IMG/VR virus record: IMGVR_UViG_3300042908_000623
DNA length: 64,000 nucleotides
Source of the DNA: an uncultured virus (IMG/VR IMGVR_UViG_3300042908_000623)
Taxonomy: Duplodnaviria; Heunggongvirae; Uroviricota; Caudoviricetes
Direction: 5' to 3' (one strand)
The position numbers were made by a program, and so were the translations under genes. The notes below the pieces were generated by a model. It was not told the DNA's origin, did not search any database, and was given only the letters and a program-made list of their open reading frames with translations. Numbering within the stretch: the first letter of the stretch is position 1; the number at the start of each line of letters is the position of its first letter. Positions 53,179-62,722 of the stretch are shown here, piece after piece.

Positions 53179-53916
53179 TCACGCGCTTTCGCTGTTTTCA
53201 ATATCGATGATGCCACTGTGCCACAACTCGCGGCGATTATAGGCAAGGTCAGCATCGACACTCTGCGCCAGTCGATAGATCTGATAGGTCAGCGGGAATT
53301 GCGTGGCAAAGATCATCTCCATTGCGTTTGCGTACGTCCGCATCTCGCCCTGCGCGTCGGGAGCGGTGCGAAGGCGAAGGAAATTCATCAGTGATCGGAG
53401 ATTGAACTGCGCGTAAAGCTCAGTTTCGGTGCATTGCGGCAATATCGTCCGCGCCTGCTCTCTGCTCACTCCCATTTCGAGCAGTCGCGTGTAGGCGCGT
53501 GTGGCCTCGGTGATAGCGTCAATAAATAGACTGATCGCCGATACCTGGTCGTCGATCGGCCCCCCGGATACTTGGCGATTGCTATCACCCTGCTTGCGCC
53601 ACGTGTGGGGACGGTGAAACGTCAATGTCATCTCCACGTACCGCCCGGATCGCTGGGAATACGAAGCCATCCGGTGACGCTGCATTTGTGCCACCAAATA
53701 CAGTGGCATCCGCAGCCGGTAGACGATGCCTGCCAGCTCGAGGGGGGATCCGTGGTCGTTTTCGATCAGCGTCCTTAGCAATCGCCGATCTTTGAGCCTG
53801 CCCTTATTTTCTGATCCCGTGGAGACTCGGGCACGTCGGGCGATGTCCTCATCGCTGCCCCACCGCTCTTCGAGTTCCACGCTGCCATATGTTTTGATTT
53901 CCGTGTCCTGATCCAT
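53179..53916 (-). CDS. thyX: Flavin-dependent thymidylate synthase
   Basis: RHRMASYSQRSGRY; paralogue of 3322-4125. Confidence 0.95.
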   Translation of the reverse strand: MDQDTEIKTYGSVELEERWGSDEDIARRARVSTGSENKGRLKDRRLLRTLIENDHGSPLELAGIVYRLRMPLYLVAQMQRHRMASYSQRSGRYVEMTLTFHRPHTWRKQGDSNRQVSGGPIDDQVSAISLFIDAITEATRAYTRLLEMGVSREQARTILPQCTETELYAQFNLRSLMNFLRLRTAPDAQGEMRTYANAMEMIFATQFPLTYQIYRLAQSVDADLAYNRRELWHSGIIDIENSESA

Positions 53917-53934
53917 CTCGTCCTCCAGTTCTGT

Positions 53935-54735
53935 TTATGCAATTTCGTAATAGTGCCGGGCTGGCCCCCGTGCCCCCGGCGCGCGCTCCTCGAGGGTCTG
54001 CTCGCGGATCGTCAGCACACCCTGCTCAACCAGCCTTGAGAGCCACACGAACACACGATCACGATCCTGATTGATAGCCTTTGCGATTGCATCAGCCTCG
54101 GTGTATCCCTGAGAGATCGTCTGCACAATTCGCTCCTGCACTGACTGTTCCGGCAATTCAAGGATGTAGCGCACTTCCTCGTTGGCGTAGCTGATCGCCG
54201 TGGCTGTCAGTGGCACGATTGCCGCCAGTGCGCTGCCTGCTGCCACGTATGCGCCCCATAGGGTTGCCACGTGTGGATCGTGAGAGATCGCGGGAAGGGA
54301 AGCGTCGATGGCCGGTGCGGACTCCTCAGACACCAGCCGCCGAAGTTGGCGAGTCGTCAGGCTCTGCTCTGCCGCCTGTTCGATGAGCTGTTCTGCGTTC
54401 GGTGACGACGACGCCACAACAAAATGCGTGAACTCGAGGTTTTCCGGGCGGTCGGAGAATCTTGTGGCAAGTTGGTAGGCCCGTCGATATTCGTAAACTC
54501 GCTGATAGTGGCAACCCACCGAAGCAGCAAACTCTTGGATCGCCCCTTCCCCGTAATGCGTGACGATCGAGGCGCAGATCGCTGCCTGTTGCCACCGCCG
54601 CTCTGTGACTTCCCTCTCTGCGTCATACCACGCTTGCACATGGTCTTCCCACGCTGAGTGAGTAAAAACGGGCAAGTTCTGGTCGATCAACGCAAAACCT
54701 GCCACGATGAGCTTGTTTGATATTGATTCGGCCAT
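53935..54735 (-). CDS. Putative DNA-binding protein (ParB/LmbU-like helical region plus winged helix)
   Basis: FA..VG..YQ.V..YR, LEFTHF, A.EQ.LTTRQL; C-terminus as in 4145-5071. Confidence 0.6.
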   Translation of the reverse strand: MAESISNKLIVAGFALIDQNLPVFTHSAWEDHVQAWYDAEREVTERRWQQAAICASIVTHYGEGAIQEFAASVGCHYQRVYEYRRAYQLATRFSDRPENLEFTHFVVASSSPNAEQLIEQAAEQSLTTRQLRRLVSEESAPAIDASLPAISHDPHVATLWGAYVAAGSALAAIVPLTATAISYANEEVRYILELPEQSVQERIVQTISQGYTEADAIAKAINQDRDRVFVWLSRLVEQGVLTIREQTLEERAPGARGPARHYYEIA

Positions 54736-54737
54736 AT

Positions 54738-55001
54738 TTACGCCACCGCCGCTGCCACGTGTGGCATTCCATTTTTGATCTGTTGCCACGCAGTTGGGTC
54801 AGCTTGTGACACCCGGATGATCGACTCAATGAGTGGCCTGATTCTGTCGCAGTCGTCGTCATAGGCCAGCTGCCGGATCTCGTAGAGTGCCCCAGGTATC
54901 TCCCACGTGTGGGAAATTGGCCCGTATGGTTCGCGTTTGTCGAGGCGGTTACTGGCCGCCTGCTTGCCACTGCTCGATGATTGCTTTTTTGAAACTGTCA
55001 T
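54738..55001 (-). CDS. Hypothetical protein
   Basis: GGAGGGG RBS before ATG 55001. Confidence 0.45.
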   Translation of the reverse strand: MTVSKKQSSSSGKQAASNRLDKREPYGPISHTWEIPGALYEIRQLAYDDDCDRIRPLIESIIRVSQADPTAWQQIKNGMPHVAAAVA

Positions 55002-55412
55002 AATCCCCTCCATAAATTGCCTCAAATACTGGTAAGTGCAGCCGCTGCAGGTAAATCGCTTTGCGGTGACTGCTGCCATCGTCGCGTCTCTCGCTCCACC
55101 TTAGCCGAATTGCCACGGTGTTTTTACTGGCCGTGACGTGATCAATGGTAAGCCTCGCATCGTCCGGAGGCAAGGCTATTGCCACAGACTCATCTTGTTG
55201 ACTGGTAAGCGGTTCCGGTTCAGTGGCAACGCTTGCCACGTACTCGTTGCCACCTGTGGCAAGATCCACTCCGCCACGTGTGGCAGTCACTGCACCATCA
55301 GTCGCTGAATGATCAGAGCCATCAGCCCGATCGCTACGACTATCAATGTGAGTCGCGCTTGCGGATCCCACCCGTATTTGTCCTGCCGCATCGTTACCTC
55401 CCACGTGTGGCA
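54753..55412. repeat. Cluster of TGCCAC-N2-GTGGCA sites
   Basis: Full or near-full sites at 54753, 54901, 55248, 55272, 55400 plus half sites. Confidence 0.8.
54949..55404 (-). CDS. Repeat-bearing protein, positional counterpart of 5284-5871
   Basis: Carries TGCCAC sites; basic C-terminus. Confidence 0.5.
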   Translation of the reverse strand: MGGNDAAGQIRVGSASATHIDSRSDRADGSDHSATDGAVTATRGGVDLATGGNEYVASVATEPEPLTSQQDESVAIALPPDDARLTIDHVTASKNTVAIRLRWSERRDDGSSHRKAIYLQRLHLPVFEAIYGGDYDSFKKAIIEQWQAGGQ

Positions 55413-55472
55413 GATCCTGACCAACGTACTGGTCAGGATTGCCACTGAATGACGTCGCTTCGTGCGCCCCGC

Positions 55473-56306
55473 CTACTCGGTCGGGGCTGAGTCTTTTGGG
55501 TCAGTGGCAATTGGTGACATTCCAATGCGTTTTGCCACAGGCGCAAGTGTGGCAGTCCTGCCGATCGACTGGAATAGCTCCTGACGCACTTCCGGATCGG
55601 TGATGTTGTTGATTGCCGTTAAACCACGCTGCTTGACGCGCGCAAATTCCTCGACCGCTTGAACGTATTTTTCCTCGAGAATGACTTTGCGCTTGAAGTG
55701 TTCGAGCTTTTCATTCTCAACCAGTGCCTGTGATTCAAGGGCGAGGCTCTCGGTCATCAGGTGCGCCCGATCCTGCTCAATCGCCATCACAGCGTTGGCT
55801 CTCGCCTCATTGATTGCGGTTGACCAGTGGGCATAGTGCAGCACACAAACGGCAAAAACCATCGCTCCGAAGAGCAGAGGAAATGCCACGTATTTTGAGT
55901 AATTGTAGATGGGTTCAGCGATCGACGGCCCGACTTCTGACAACTGGTAGAGAGCGGCGCAGCCGTGGACAAACGAAAGCACGGTGAATGAGATTGCGAA
56001 GATCCGCAGCCACCGCTGATGATTGCCTGCTGATTTGTTTTGATTGTTCCAGAAATAGATGGCGCACGCCTCAAAAAGCAGTGCCACGCAACCGAGAGCC
56101 ACGCCCCACACTCCAGGGATGTGGGAGTAGAAGAGATGAAAGTTGAGGCTGGCAAGAATTGCAAACACCGCATATTTCACCACGGCCAAGAATCCGCCAG
56201 TGCCGGCAAGGTCAAATTTGCCAGCCTCCTCACGCAGCTTCTTTGCGTTATTGCCATTGCGCGATTCCTGATTCATCGCATCCCCAAAATTGAAAAGATT
56301 GCCCAT
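55473..56306 (-). CDS. 4-TM membrane protein with coiled coil
   Basis: Paralogue of 5889-6719. Confidence 0.85.
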   Translation of the reverse strand: MGNLFNFGDAMNQESRNGNNAKKLREEAGKFDLAGTGGFLAVVKYAVFAILASLNFHLFYSHIPGVWGVALGCVALLFEACAIYFWNNQNKSAGNHQRWLRIFAISFTVLSFVHGCAALYQLSEVGPSIAEPIYNYSKYVAFPLLFGAMVFAVCVLHYAHWSTAINEARANAVMAIEQDRAHLMTESLALESQALVENEKLEHFKRKVILEEKYVQAVEEFARVKQRGLTAINNITDPEVRQELFQSIGRTATLAPVAKRIGMSPIATDPKDSAPTE

Positions 56307-56332
56307 TTCGTCCTCCGTTAAACTGGTAAGAA

Positions 56333-57046
56333 TTACTTACAAGTTGATGTTGTGATTTTCTGCGCTTTTTTTGCAGCGTTTTTGCACGTTACTGAACAAT
56401 ATTTCTGCGGCGCGCGGTTTGCGTGTAGTCGGTACTTGCAGACGACTACCCTTTCGCAGAGCTGACAGACGATCGTTGGACGCTCGAGCTTTGGCCGCCC
56501 TGCGCCATTGTCCGCAAATGCTCGAGGGTTCCAATCGTACACGCCAAACGTGTAGGCATATTGGTTTCGCTCATCCGCAGCACGAGGGCCACGACTCTCG
56601 ACTTCTTGCCAATTGCGCTGCCTCATATCAGGGAACTTGATGCGCCTTGTTCCTTTGATAGTCGTGTGTAGGCGCGTCAGGTACAGTCGTTCAGCGTAGG
56701 CCATTGCCAGCGCGTACACCTCAGCACCGCCGGCAACAAATAACTCTGTCTCCCCCTGCTCTCGCGCGTAGTCGATCGCGGAGGTAAGTGACAGCTTGGC
56801 GATCGCGCCGGATGCCTCAACCAGTTTGGTGTAGTGCTCCGTCAGGACGATCAACGATCGCCCAGGTAGACCCTCAGCTGCCAACGATGCCCACGTCAGC
56901 CGCCCCATAATCACGTGATGGCCTTGGGTGAGTCGTGCAAATTCGCGCAGGTCATCGGCCTGCTTCCATGGCAGCTCGCCATTCTGGCCGATAGTACCAA
57001 CCTCGTCCATGGCAACGATAATGGAGACCCTCATGAGATCCTCCAA
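56333..57046 (-). CDS. folA: Dihydrofolate reductase with C-terminal zinc-finger extension
   Basis: IG..G.LPW...D...F, VIMGR.TW.SL, LPGR, AGGAEVY; tail CQLC...YCSVTC. Confidence 0.88.
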   Translation of the reverse strand: MEDLMRVSIIVAMDEVGTIGQNGELPWKQADDLREFARLTQGHHVIMGRLTWASLAAEGLPGRSLIVLTEHYTKLVEASGAIAKLSLTSAIDYAREQGETELFVAGGAEVYALAMAYAERLYLTRLHTTIKGTRRIKFPDMRQRNWQEVESRGPRAADERNQYAYTFGVYDWNPRAFADNGAGRPKLERPTIVCQLCERVVVCKYRLHANRAPQKYCSVTCKNAAKKAQKITTSTCK

Positions 57047-57444
57047 TTGTCGGCCAGGTAATCAACGAGCGTCTGCCGCGCAGCGTCGAAACCGTAGCAA
57101 ACAGCGTGGCCGTAACCCTGCGAAATCAGCAGGTCGCGCCAGCGTCGCTGCTCTGGTGCAAGTGATCCGGACTCGGCCTTCATTTCGACGAATAATCCGT
57201 GGTATCCGCATCGAGCAACAGGCAACATCAGATCCGGGATGCCAGCTTTGACACCTTCGCGCTTCATCGCCACCGCCACCGAAGGCAGGCGATGCCCCCC
57301 GTTGGGGATCGCAAAAAGTAGGCCAAGCTCCGGCTGGTTTGGCTGCGCGAGTGTCGCCCACTGGATCAGCACGCTTTGCTCTTCGTGTTCGGACGGCACG
57401 AGGCGGCGCGTTCTGGTTGATGTTTTCCAGCGTCTATTTGTCAT
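57031..57444 (-). CDS. VRR-NUC domain nuclease
   Basis: EHEEQ, FAIPNGG, GVKAGIPDL, EMK...G.L..EQ. Confidence 0.88.
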   Translation of the reverse strand: MTNRRWKTSTRTRRLVPSEHEEQSVLIQWATLAQPNQPELGLLFAIPNGGHRLPSVAVAMKREGVKAGIPDLMLPVARCGYHGLFVEMKAESGSLAPEQRRWRDLLISQGYGHAVCYGFDAARQTLVDYLADNWRIS

Positions 57445-57721
57445 ACATTCCACCCTCTCCAATGCGCTCGATCTCTTCATCAAGCAGCCAATGAGTGATG
57501 GCAATTCGTCGCCCCTCTTGGTCTACGCCCATCCACTCCCCGCAGGCCAAGCGATGGACGCGCCATTGGGACTGCTGAAAATGAAAATATCCCATCAGGC
57601 CTGCGCCGTTGCTGCGCTCTCTGATGGCCTCGACCGTGCCGCGATAGCAAAAGCGTGATCCGCTGGCCGTCGTGACCTGGATAATCTGGTTGTGTCGATA
57701 GGTTGATTGCTGTGGCCTCAT
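57434..57721 (-). CDS. Hypothetical protein
   Basis: TAATG coupling. Confidence 0.5.
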   Translation of the reverse strand: MRPQQSTYRHNQIIQVTTASGSRFCYRGTVEAIRERSNGAGLMGYFHFQQSQWRVHRLACGEWMGVDQEGRRIAITHWLLDEEIERIGEGGMYDK

Positions 57722-58338
57722 TATCGTCCACCTCCCCGCAGGCAAAACGCACACCGGCATTTCGGCGATACGTCCGGACTCGTGGGAATCCATCGGCCGT
57801 AGGCGTCGCGATCCCATCCTTCTGATACTGGTGTAGCCCTGCGCTGATTAACTGGCGTGGCGGCGCACTGGCAAGCGTATACAGGGTAATGCCACTCGTT
57901 ACCTGTCGGGCAATACGTAGCAATGCTGGCATATCCGGTGTCACCGCAATATTTGCAACCAACGGTATCATCCATGTGGCGCGCTGAATACTGCGCCGTC
58001 TGCCGATGCTGGCGATCCTCGAGGATGAGTGCTTTGTATGCCGGAAGAATGGCCATCACTGGAAATGACCTCGACCAGTCGTGGTCTTTCGTGGCACGTC
58101 GCCAAGCAGGGACAAGCAAATGATCCGGCACTTCGGCCAGAGCGTCGAGCCAGGTTGATACCGCCAACGTCAGCTCATCACCCGCCGAAAGCGGCAGGGA
58201 GCTTAAAGATCGAGTCTGCTGGATCAGGGCGATCATCGCCGCCTTCCTGTCCTGTGAGTTTTGCGATGAGATTGAAGGTCTCTCGAGCTGCGCGCTCGTT
58301 GTGCGATTCGCGTTTATGTCCATTTCCATTCTTTGCAT
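57721..58338 (-). CDS. Putative helicase loader-like protein with Cys motifs
   Basis: Follows the initiator; W..AL..VP motif, CKYCGDTG, CQC. Confidence 0.45.
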   Translation of the reverse strand: MQRMEMDINANRTTSAQLERPSISSQNSQDRKAAMIALIQQTRSLSSLPLSAGDELTLAVSTWLDALAEVPDHLLVPAWRRATKDHDWSRSFPVMAILPAYKALILEDRQHRQTAQYSARHMDDTVGCKYCGDTGYASIATYCPTGNEWHYPVYACQCAATPVNQRRATPVSEGWDRDAYGRWIPTSPDVSPKCRCAFCLRGGGR

Positions 58339-59101
58339 TGGCCTGATACTCCTTGTCTCTAATATCTTGAGTTTCGAAACGATTATACTTGTCAATCATC
58401 CCGTGAATGTTGTTGCGGCTGTGCTTGTGATCGCGCCATATCTGCATGACCTGTCGCCATATGTGCAACTTGCTGATGTCTGCATTTGCAATCAGCTCCT
58501 GTTGCCAGATCCCCATTTGCGGAAAAAAGCTGACTGCAATTGATACAGCGTCCTCCTCCTGCAGTGTGTGCGGTCTGGCTGGTGTCGTCTCCTGCGAGAT
58601 CACCAAAGCCTCACGCGCACTCACCCTCTCTGATGTAGTCTCTGTAGTAGTCTCTGTAGTAGTCTCTGCTAATAAGAATGTATGCCCATTTTGGGCTTGC
58701 TTGCTTGCACGTTTTGGGCTTTCTAGTATGTCCATTTCGGGCATACTGGCTTGACCGTTTTGGACATGCTGATCTGCCGTTAAAAGGCATTCAAGAATGT
58801 CCATATCGACTCGATAATAAAGCTTTGCGGGTACGCCACGCAGCTGCTCACACCACAATGGTTTGCCCTCAAAGGTGATCTCACGCAGTCGACGACGAGC
58901 AGATTCTTGCTCTTTTCGACTCAGCATGGTCTCTTCAAACCATTCATCCTGAGTCTTCCAAAACCATCCCTGCGGATCTTTCGTCTTCCCCGTCCAGTAC
59001 ACGGCCTGACTGAGCATCAATCCAGATGTCACGGATCCGGCCAGCTCTGCAAGGCATCGATGGAAGGCAATTGGACTTCCAAGAATTTTAGTCAGCTTCA
59101 A
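58178..59101 (-). CDS. Replication initiator (unit B)
   Basis: N-terminal ~110 aa near-identical to 8968-9843; GGAGG RBS before TTG 59101. Confidence 0.8.
   Translation of the reverse strand: MKLTKILGSPIAFHRCLAELAGSVTSGLMLSQAVYWTGKTKDPQGWFWKTQDEWFEETMLSRKEQESARRRLREITFEGKPLWCEQLRGVPAKLYYRVDMDILECLLTADQHVQNGQASMPEMDILESPKRASKQAQNGHTFLLAETTTETTTETTSERVSAREALVISQETTPARPHTLQEEDAVSIAVSFFPQMGIWQQELIANADISKLHIWRQVMQIWRDHKHSRNNIHGMIDKYNRFETQDIRDKEYQANAKNGNGHKRESHNERAARETFNLIAKLTGQEGGDDRPDPADSIFKLPAAFGG
58680..58765. repeat. Four iterons with 23-bp period (putative origin of unit B)
   Basis: GTATGCCCATTTTGGGC-like units at 58680, 58703, 58726, 58749. Confidence 0.75.
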
Positions 59102-59266
59102 GTAACCTCCAAACAAAAAGCCCTTTGAGAAAACGGGCAGGTGGGAAACTGGTGATAGGTTGACGGCCTATCGGTTGCCTGACCCGCCTTCTCAAAAGGC
59201 TCATTGATGTTGATATTGCCCAGTTTCCCATGTGGCCTCCGTTGCCGGGCGTCACCCCAGCGGCCA
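59102..59266 (-). ncRNA. Structured cis-regulatory leader of the replication operon (unit B)
   Basis: Same fold as 10194-10374 with compensatory changes. Confidence 0.75.
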
Positions 59267-59279
59267 GATACATTATAGC

Positions 59280-59358
59280 AAAAAATTAGGGGGATTGCTC
59301 CCCCTTCAGTGGAACCAATTGGAGAAAATAACCATGAAACTCCAACGCATTGTTGGAA
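59280..59358 (-). ncRNA. Candidate anti-RBS small RNA
   Basis: 5' hairpin, TTTCATGGTTATTTTCTCCAAT, terminator AGGGGGA-GCAA-TCCCCCT plus T-tract. Confidence 0.55.
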
Positions 59359-59402
59359 GAGATAGCGGGGAGTTGCACCCCGATTGGCTCGGCCTCTATC
59401 CC
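59359..59402 (-). ncRNA. Minimal tRNA-like domain
   Basis: Acceptor GGGATAG/CTATCTC; T arm CGGGG-TGCAACT-CCCCG. Confidence 0.55.
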
Positions 59403-59582
59403 TGCCGCACCCTGCCCCGGAATGCGGCGATTGACTGGTTGCGGGATCACCGCCGGTCGCTCTGTTGTGCTGTAACCAAAATCCCTTGATGCCAAAGCGA
59501 TAAAAAGAACGGCCCAGTCAAACTGTCAAATAGGATGGGGGGAGGCTCCGAGTGAGTGATTCCGCCTCCCCGATCCCGGCAA

Positions 59583-59861
59583 TTAGGGTTCGTTAGTTCC
59601 CTCGGGCTGCGGGTGAGCGTCCGTTGCCGGTGTCTCTGCGATGTCTGCGGCTTTGGCTGATCGCAACGCACCCGGACGCGCCGTGGTGTCACGAGCTGTC
59701 AGCACAGCCTGCCGGGCAAATAGATATAGTGGGCGACGCTGACCGCCGCGCAGGACATGCACAGCCGTCAGGTGTCCGGCCTTCAGCCAGACCAATATGT
59801 TCTGGCGGGTCGTCCCTGCCAGCTCAGCCGCCTGCGATGATGTCATCAGTTCGTCGTTCAT
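59583..59861 (-). CDS. Excisionase-like HTH regulator, probably leaderless
   Basis: LMTSSQAAELAG.TRQNI..W.K.G.L; ATG lies 7 nt after TTGACA-17-TAGGAT. Confidence 0.8.
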   Translation of the reverse strand: MNDELMTSSQAAELAGTTRQNILVWLKAGHLTAVHVLRGGQRRPLYLFARQAVLTARDTTARPGALRSAKAADIAETPATDAHPQPEGTNEP

Positions 59862-59964
59862 CGCTGCCATCCTACATGTAGATGTCCAATGTGTCAATAG
59901 GAAAATTAGAACAAGGCGGAAAGGCTTACGGTAAATCTTTTTTTAAGGTACAGCTATTTTCTTA

Positions 59965-59993
59965 TTGACAACTAAGGTGACTCGGCATATAGT
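59965..59993 (+). promoter_or_regulatory. Sigma70-type early promoter (unit B)
   Basis: TTGACA-17-TATAGT followed by the same leader as 11363. Confidence 0.8.
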
Positions 59994-60057
59994 GCATTCA
60001 TCGACGGGGGCAATGAGGTTCTCGAAGATAACAACGACGGACAATAGGAGAACGACA

Positions 60058-60513
60058 ATGAAGATGGCAACCAGCAATTACAAAAAAGCGCACAGCAAGA
60101 TTGTCGTTGGCGGTCAAAACGTAGTGCTGGAGCAGTCAGCCGCCGCCCCACTGTTGGGCACTGCGATTGAATGCGATGGTGGCTGGTATCAAATCACTGT
60201 CCTTTTCACTCGCCGGATGACGATTTCAAATATGTACGTGCTGGGCGGAGTCAAAATCTCCGCCAAAAAAGCAAACGAGTTGATGGCCGTCGTTGCCATC
60301 AAAAAAGAGTGCGAACGCATCTGGTACACCTGCCCGAGGTTTTCGGGAATGCCTGACTCCCGGATTGACGAGGCGCGCGTAGCCTTTGGCGCGGCTGTCG
60401 CTCGATTGGCAGCGTTTGATTCAGTACTCGTGACTGACTGCTATCAGGGCAGTCAGGCAGGCAATAACAGCAAGCCAGTCTGGACGAAGCCAAGCCACTT
60501 GCTTGGATTATAA
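60058..60513 (+). CDS. Hypothetical early protein
   Basis: AGGAG RBS. Confidence 0.65.
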   Translation: MKMATSNYKKAHSKIVVGGQNVVLEQSAAAPLLGTAIECDGGWYQITVLFTRRMTISNMYVLGGVKISAKKANELMAVVAIKKECERIWYTCPRFSGMPDSRIDEARVAFGAAVARLAAFDSVLVTDCYQGSQAGNNSKPVWTKPSHLLGL

Positions 60514-60563
60514 CGCCTTTATCAGCCGCTCGCCGTCGGGCCGCACAACCACAGGAGAAAACA

Positions 60564-60839
60564 ATGCGCACGATTAACATTAAATCAAAAGGTCAGCAGT
60601 CAAATAGTGGATGGAATCGTACTGGTTGCACCAACTGGTGGGCAGGCTATCGCGTCAACGGCAATATGACGTTTCTTCAGATCGCGCCACGTCGCGGTGA
60701 CCGTCAGCTTGATTGCACTGTCGAGGTTCCCGATAAGGTTACAGAAATTCTGATCGGTGCTGGCAAAGCTGGCAAAGATGCTCACCGCGAAACGATCGCG
60801 GTTCCGGTCGAGACGGTCGAGACGTCAGAGATCGCCTAA
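60564..60839 (+). CDS. Hypothetical early protein
   Basis: Upstream hairpin plus CAGGAG RBS. Confidence 0.65.
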   Translation: MRTINIKSKGQQSNSGWNRTGCTNWWAGYRVNGNMTFLQIAPRRGDRQLDCTVEVPDKVTEILIGAGKAGKDAHRETIAVPVETVETSEIA

Positions 60840-60893
60840 TTATCCACCACAACCAGCAGCTCGCCGTCGGGCCGCATAACGACAGGAGAAAAC

Positions 60894-61544
60894 ATGAACC
60901 AGATCAACAGCAAGCACATCATCGCAATTTTGAAGCATTTGGGATACGGCGGATTCGCCGCCAATGTCCCGGAGAATCTGGATTTATTCCAGACTCTGAC
61001 CAACAACGAAACGTCAATGAGAATTCGTCGCATCGAGCATACTTGCACTTTCGAGTGGAGCTCTCATGAGCGTCCCCAGCTTTACCGACGCGCGACGCTT
61101 GCGCTTGAGGGCGACACGCTGACGTTTACGGAGACATTTGAGCCCCGATCCTACTCAGAGCGCAGCCACTGGCGCGCGCTCTACGCAGCCACCCATCAGG
61201 GCGACGACGGACTTTTTGAGGGGACTGTATGGTCAGAACTGGCCGCCCAAATGACCCTGCCGGGAAAGCGCATTTATCCGCCGGGGACGTCCTACCTGCG
61301 AGTTCAGGACGAACTACAGACCGCCAACCCATCAGTCTGGCGATGGCTGAAATTTTCGTGGGCAGTCATATCGCTTCGCCCAGGCCTCTGGACAGGTGAC
61401 CCACACCTGCCGATGGAGATCGTCGATGAAGATCCTATCGGCCCGTGGACGTCATTCGGGCTCATCTACGAGTCGTCCTGTGGCCGGACGACCGGCGCGG
61501 CAATGGTCACTCCGTTCCGGCGATGCCGATTGGAGGTGGCATAA
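60894..61544 (+). CDS. Hypothetical early protein
   Basis: Upstream hairpin plus RBS; shares SHWRALY motif with 12493-13158. Confidence 0.7.
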   Translation: MNQINSKHIIAILKHLGYGGFAANVPENLDLFQTLTNNETSMRIRRIEHTCTFEWSSHERPQLYRRATLALEGDTLTFTETFEPRSYSERSHWRALYAATHQGDDGLFEGTVWSELAAQMTLPGKRIYPPGTSYLRVQDELQTANPSVWRWLKFSWAVISLRPGLWTGDPHLPMEIVDEDPIGPWTSFGLIYESSCGRTTGAAMVTPFRRCRLEVA

Positions 61545-61714
61545 TGCGCACAATCAATCTTTGGCGGCCAGTCGATGGCACCACCTCTATCGCTATTCGA
61601 TGGATCGTCGCCTACCAGGTGGACGAGGACATAATCATCGAGACGCTTGACGGTGTTACCCGGAGATTCCCGGTAACACCCAGCAATATGGCGGAAATGA
61701 AAAAACTTAAGTAA
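61544..61714 (+). CDS. Small hypothetical protein
   Basis: TAATG coupling, GGAGG RBS. Confidence 0.5.
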   Translation: MRTINLWRPVDGTTSIAIRWIVAYQVDEDIIIETLDGVTRRFPVTPSNMAEMKKLK

Positions 61715-61728
61715 CTGTTATTTTCTTG

Positions 61729-61757
61729 TTGACAAATAAGGGCGGTAGTCATAATAT
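61729..61757 (+). promoter_or_regulatory. Second early promoter (unit B)
   Basis: TTGACA-17-TAATAT; upstream TATTTTCTT shared with 59965. Confidence 0.6.
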
Positions 61758-61787
61758 CGCCCTGTCAGCAAATACTACAGGAGGACG

Positions 61788-62003
61788 ATGATGATGGACG
61801 AACAACCGATTGAAATTCAGCTCGAATACCAGGCGTGGCTTGACTCAACGCGCCAGTGCGTTGACGAGGATTGCCTCAATGGCGTGATCGTTGGCCCCAC
61901 ATACTTGGCATTTGACGGCAGCGTCAATTGGTCAGAGACACCGTGCCCGATATGCGCACCTGACATCGCGTCAGGGTGCGACGACGAGAACATCCCTTTT
62001 TAA
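61788..62003 (+). CDS. Zinc-binding peptide with SSB-like tail (DDENIPF)
   Basis: C....C..G...CPIC; paralogue of 14304-14465. Confidence 0.7.
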   Translation: MMMDEQPIEIQLEYQAWLDSTRQCVDEDCLNGVIVGPTYLAFDGSVNWSETPCPICAPDIASGCDDENIPF

Positions 62004-62045
62004 CGCAGTTATCAGGGGCTACGGCCCCACAACAGGAGATCACCA

Positions 62046-62495
62046 ATGAATCGAATATTGAACCTCACCCAGCACACACCTACTCCAGAGCAGATCGCCG
62101 CCGGAGTGACCTGCGGCGACATCAACGATCTCTCACAGCCGAAAGAAATTGCGGCACTCCTGACTTTTGATACGCTTCCCACGCCCGTTGAGGTGCGCCA
62201 TCGGGCCGAGCGGCTGGCGGAGATCGCCAGCAAAGCTACAACGCTCGTCGATTACGGCGGAGACTCCGGTCTCTGTGCCAACGAGCGATTCCAGTTTGCG
62301 ATGATCGGCGGCGCGCCGTACCTGATGGCCCCGCTCGAGTCCGCCCTTCGTGCGCACGGCATCACGCCTGTGTACGCTTTCAGCGTCCGGGAAAGCGTCG
62401 ATCAGGTGCAGCCGGACGGCAGCGTCCGCAAGGTTGCCGTGTTCCGTCACGCTGGATTCGTCGGCTGCGAGGCTGACGAGACGGACAGTTTCTAA
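62046..62495 (+). CDS. Csx20-like protein (putative ring nuclease), stand-alone
   Basis: Near-identical to the N-terminal domain of 14503-15210. Confidence 0.55.
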   Translation: MNRILNLTQHTPTPEQIAAGVTCGDINDLSQPKEIAALLTFDTLPTPVEVRHRAERLAEIASKATTLVDYGGDSGLCANERFQFAMIGGAPYLMAPLESALRAHGITPVYAFSVRESVDQVQPDGSVRKVAVFRHAGFVGCEADETDSF

Positions 62496-62547
62496 ATTTT
62501 CAAGCCACTTCGATGTAGATCGGAGTGGCTTTTCTTGCGTGGAGGAT

Positions 62548-62715
62548 ATGATGGAATACAGCGACGACGACATCCGCAACGACGACTACGATCTCGATCG
62601 TGATTATCCCGAGGATGATGACGATCGAGAAGAACGCGCCCCGGACGACGTTATCCGGCGCGACAATGCAGATTTGATAAATGACTGGCTGCGACGCAGC
62701 CGCAGCACCTGGTAG
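62548..62715 (+). CDS. 55-aa highly acidic protein
   Basis: GGAGG RBS; paralogue of 15271-15423. Confidence 0.7.
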   Translation: MMEYSDDDIRNDDYDLDRDYPEDDDDREERAPDDVIRRDNADLINDWLRRSRSTW

Positions 62716-62722
62716 GAGGACT

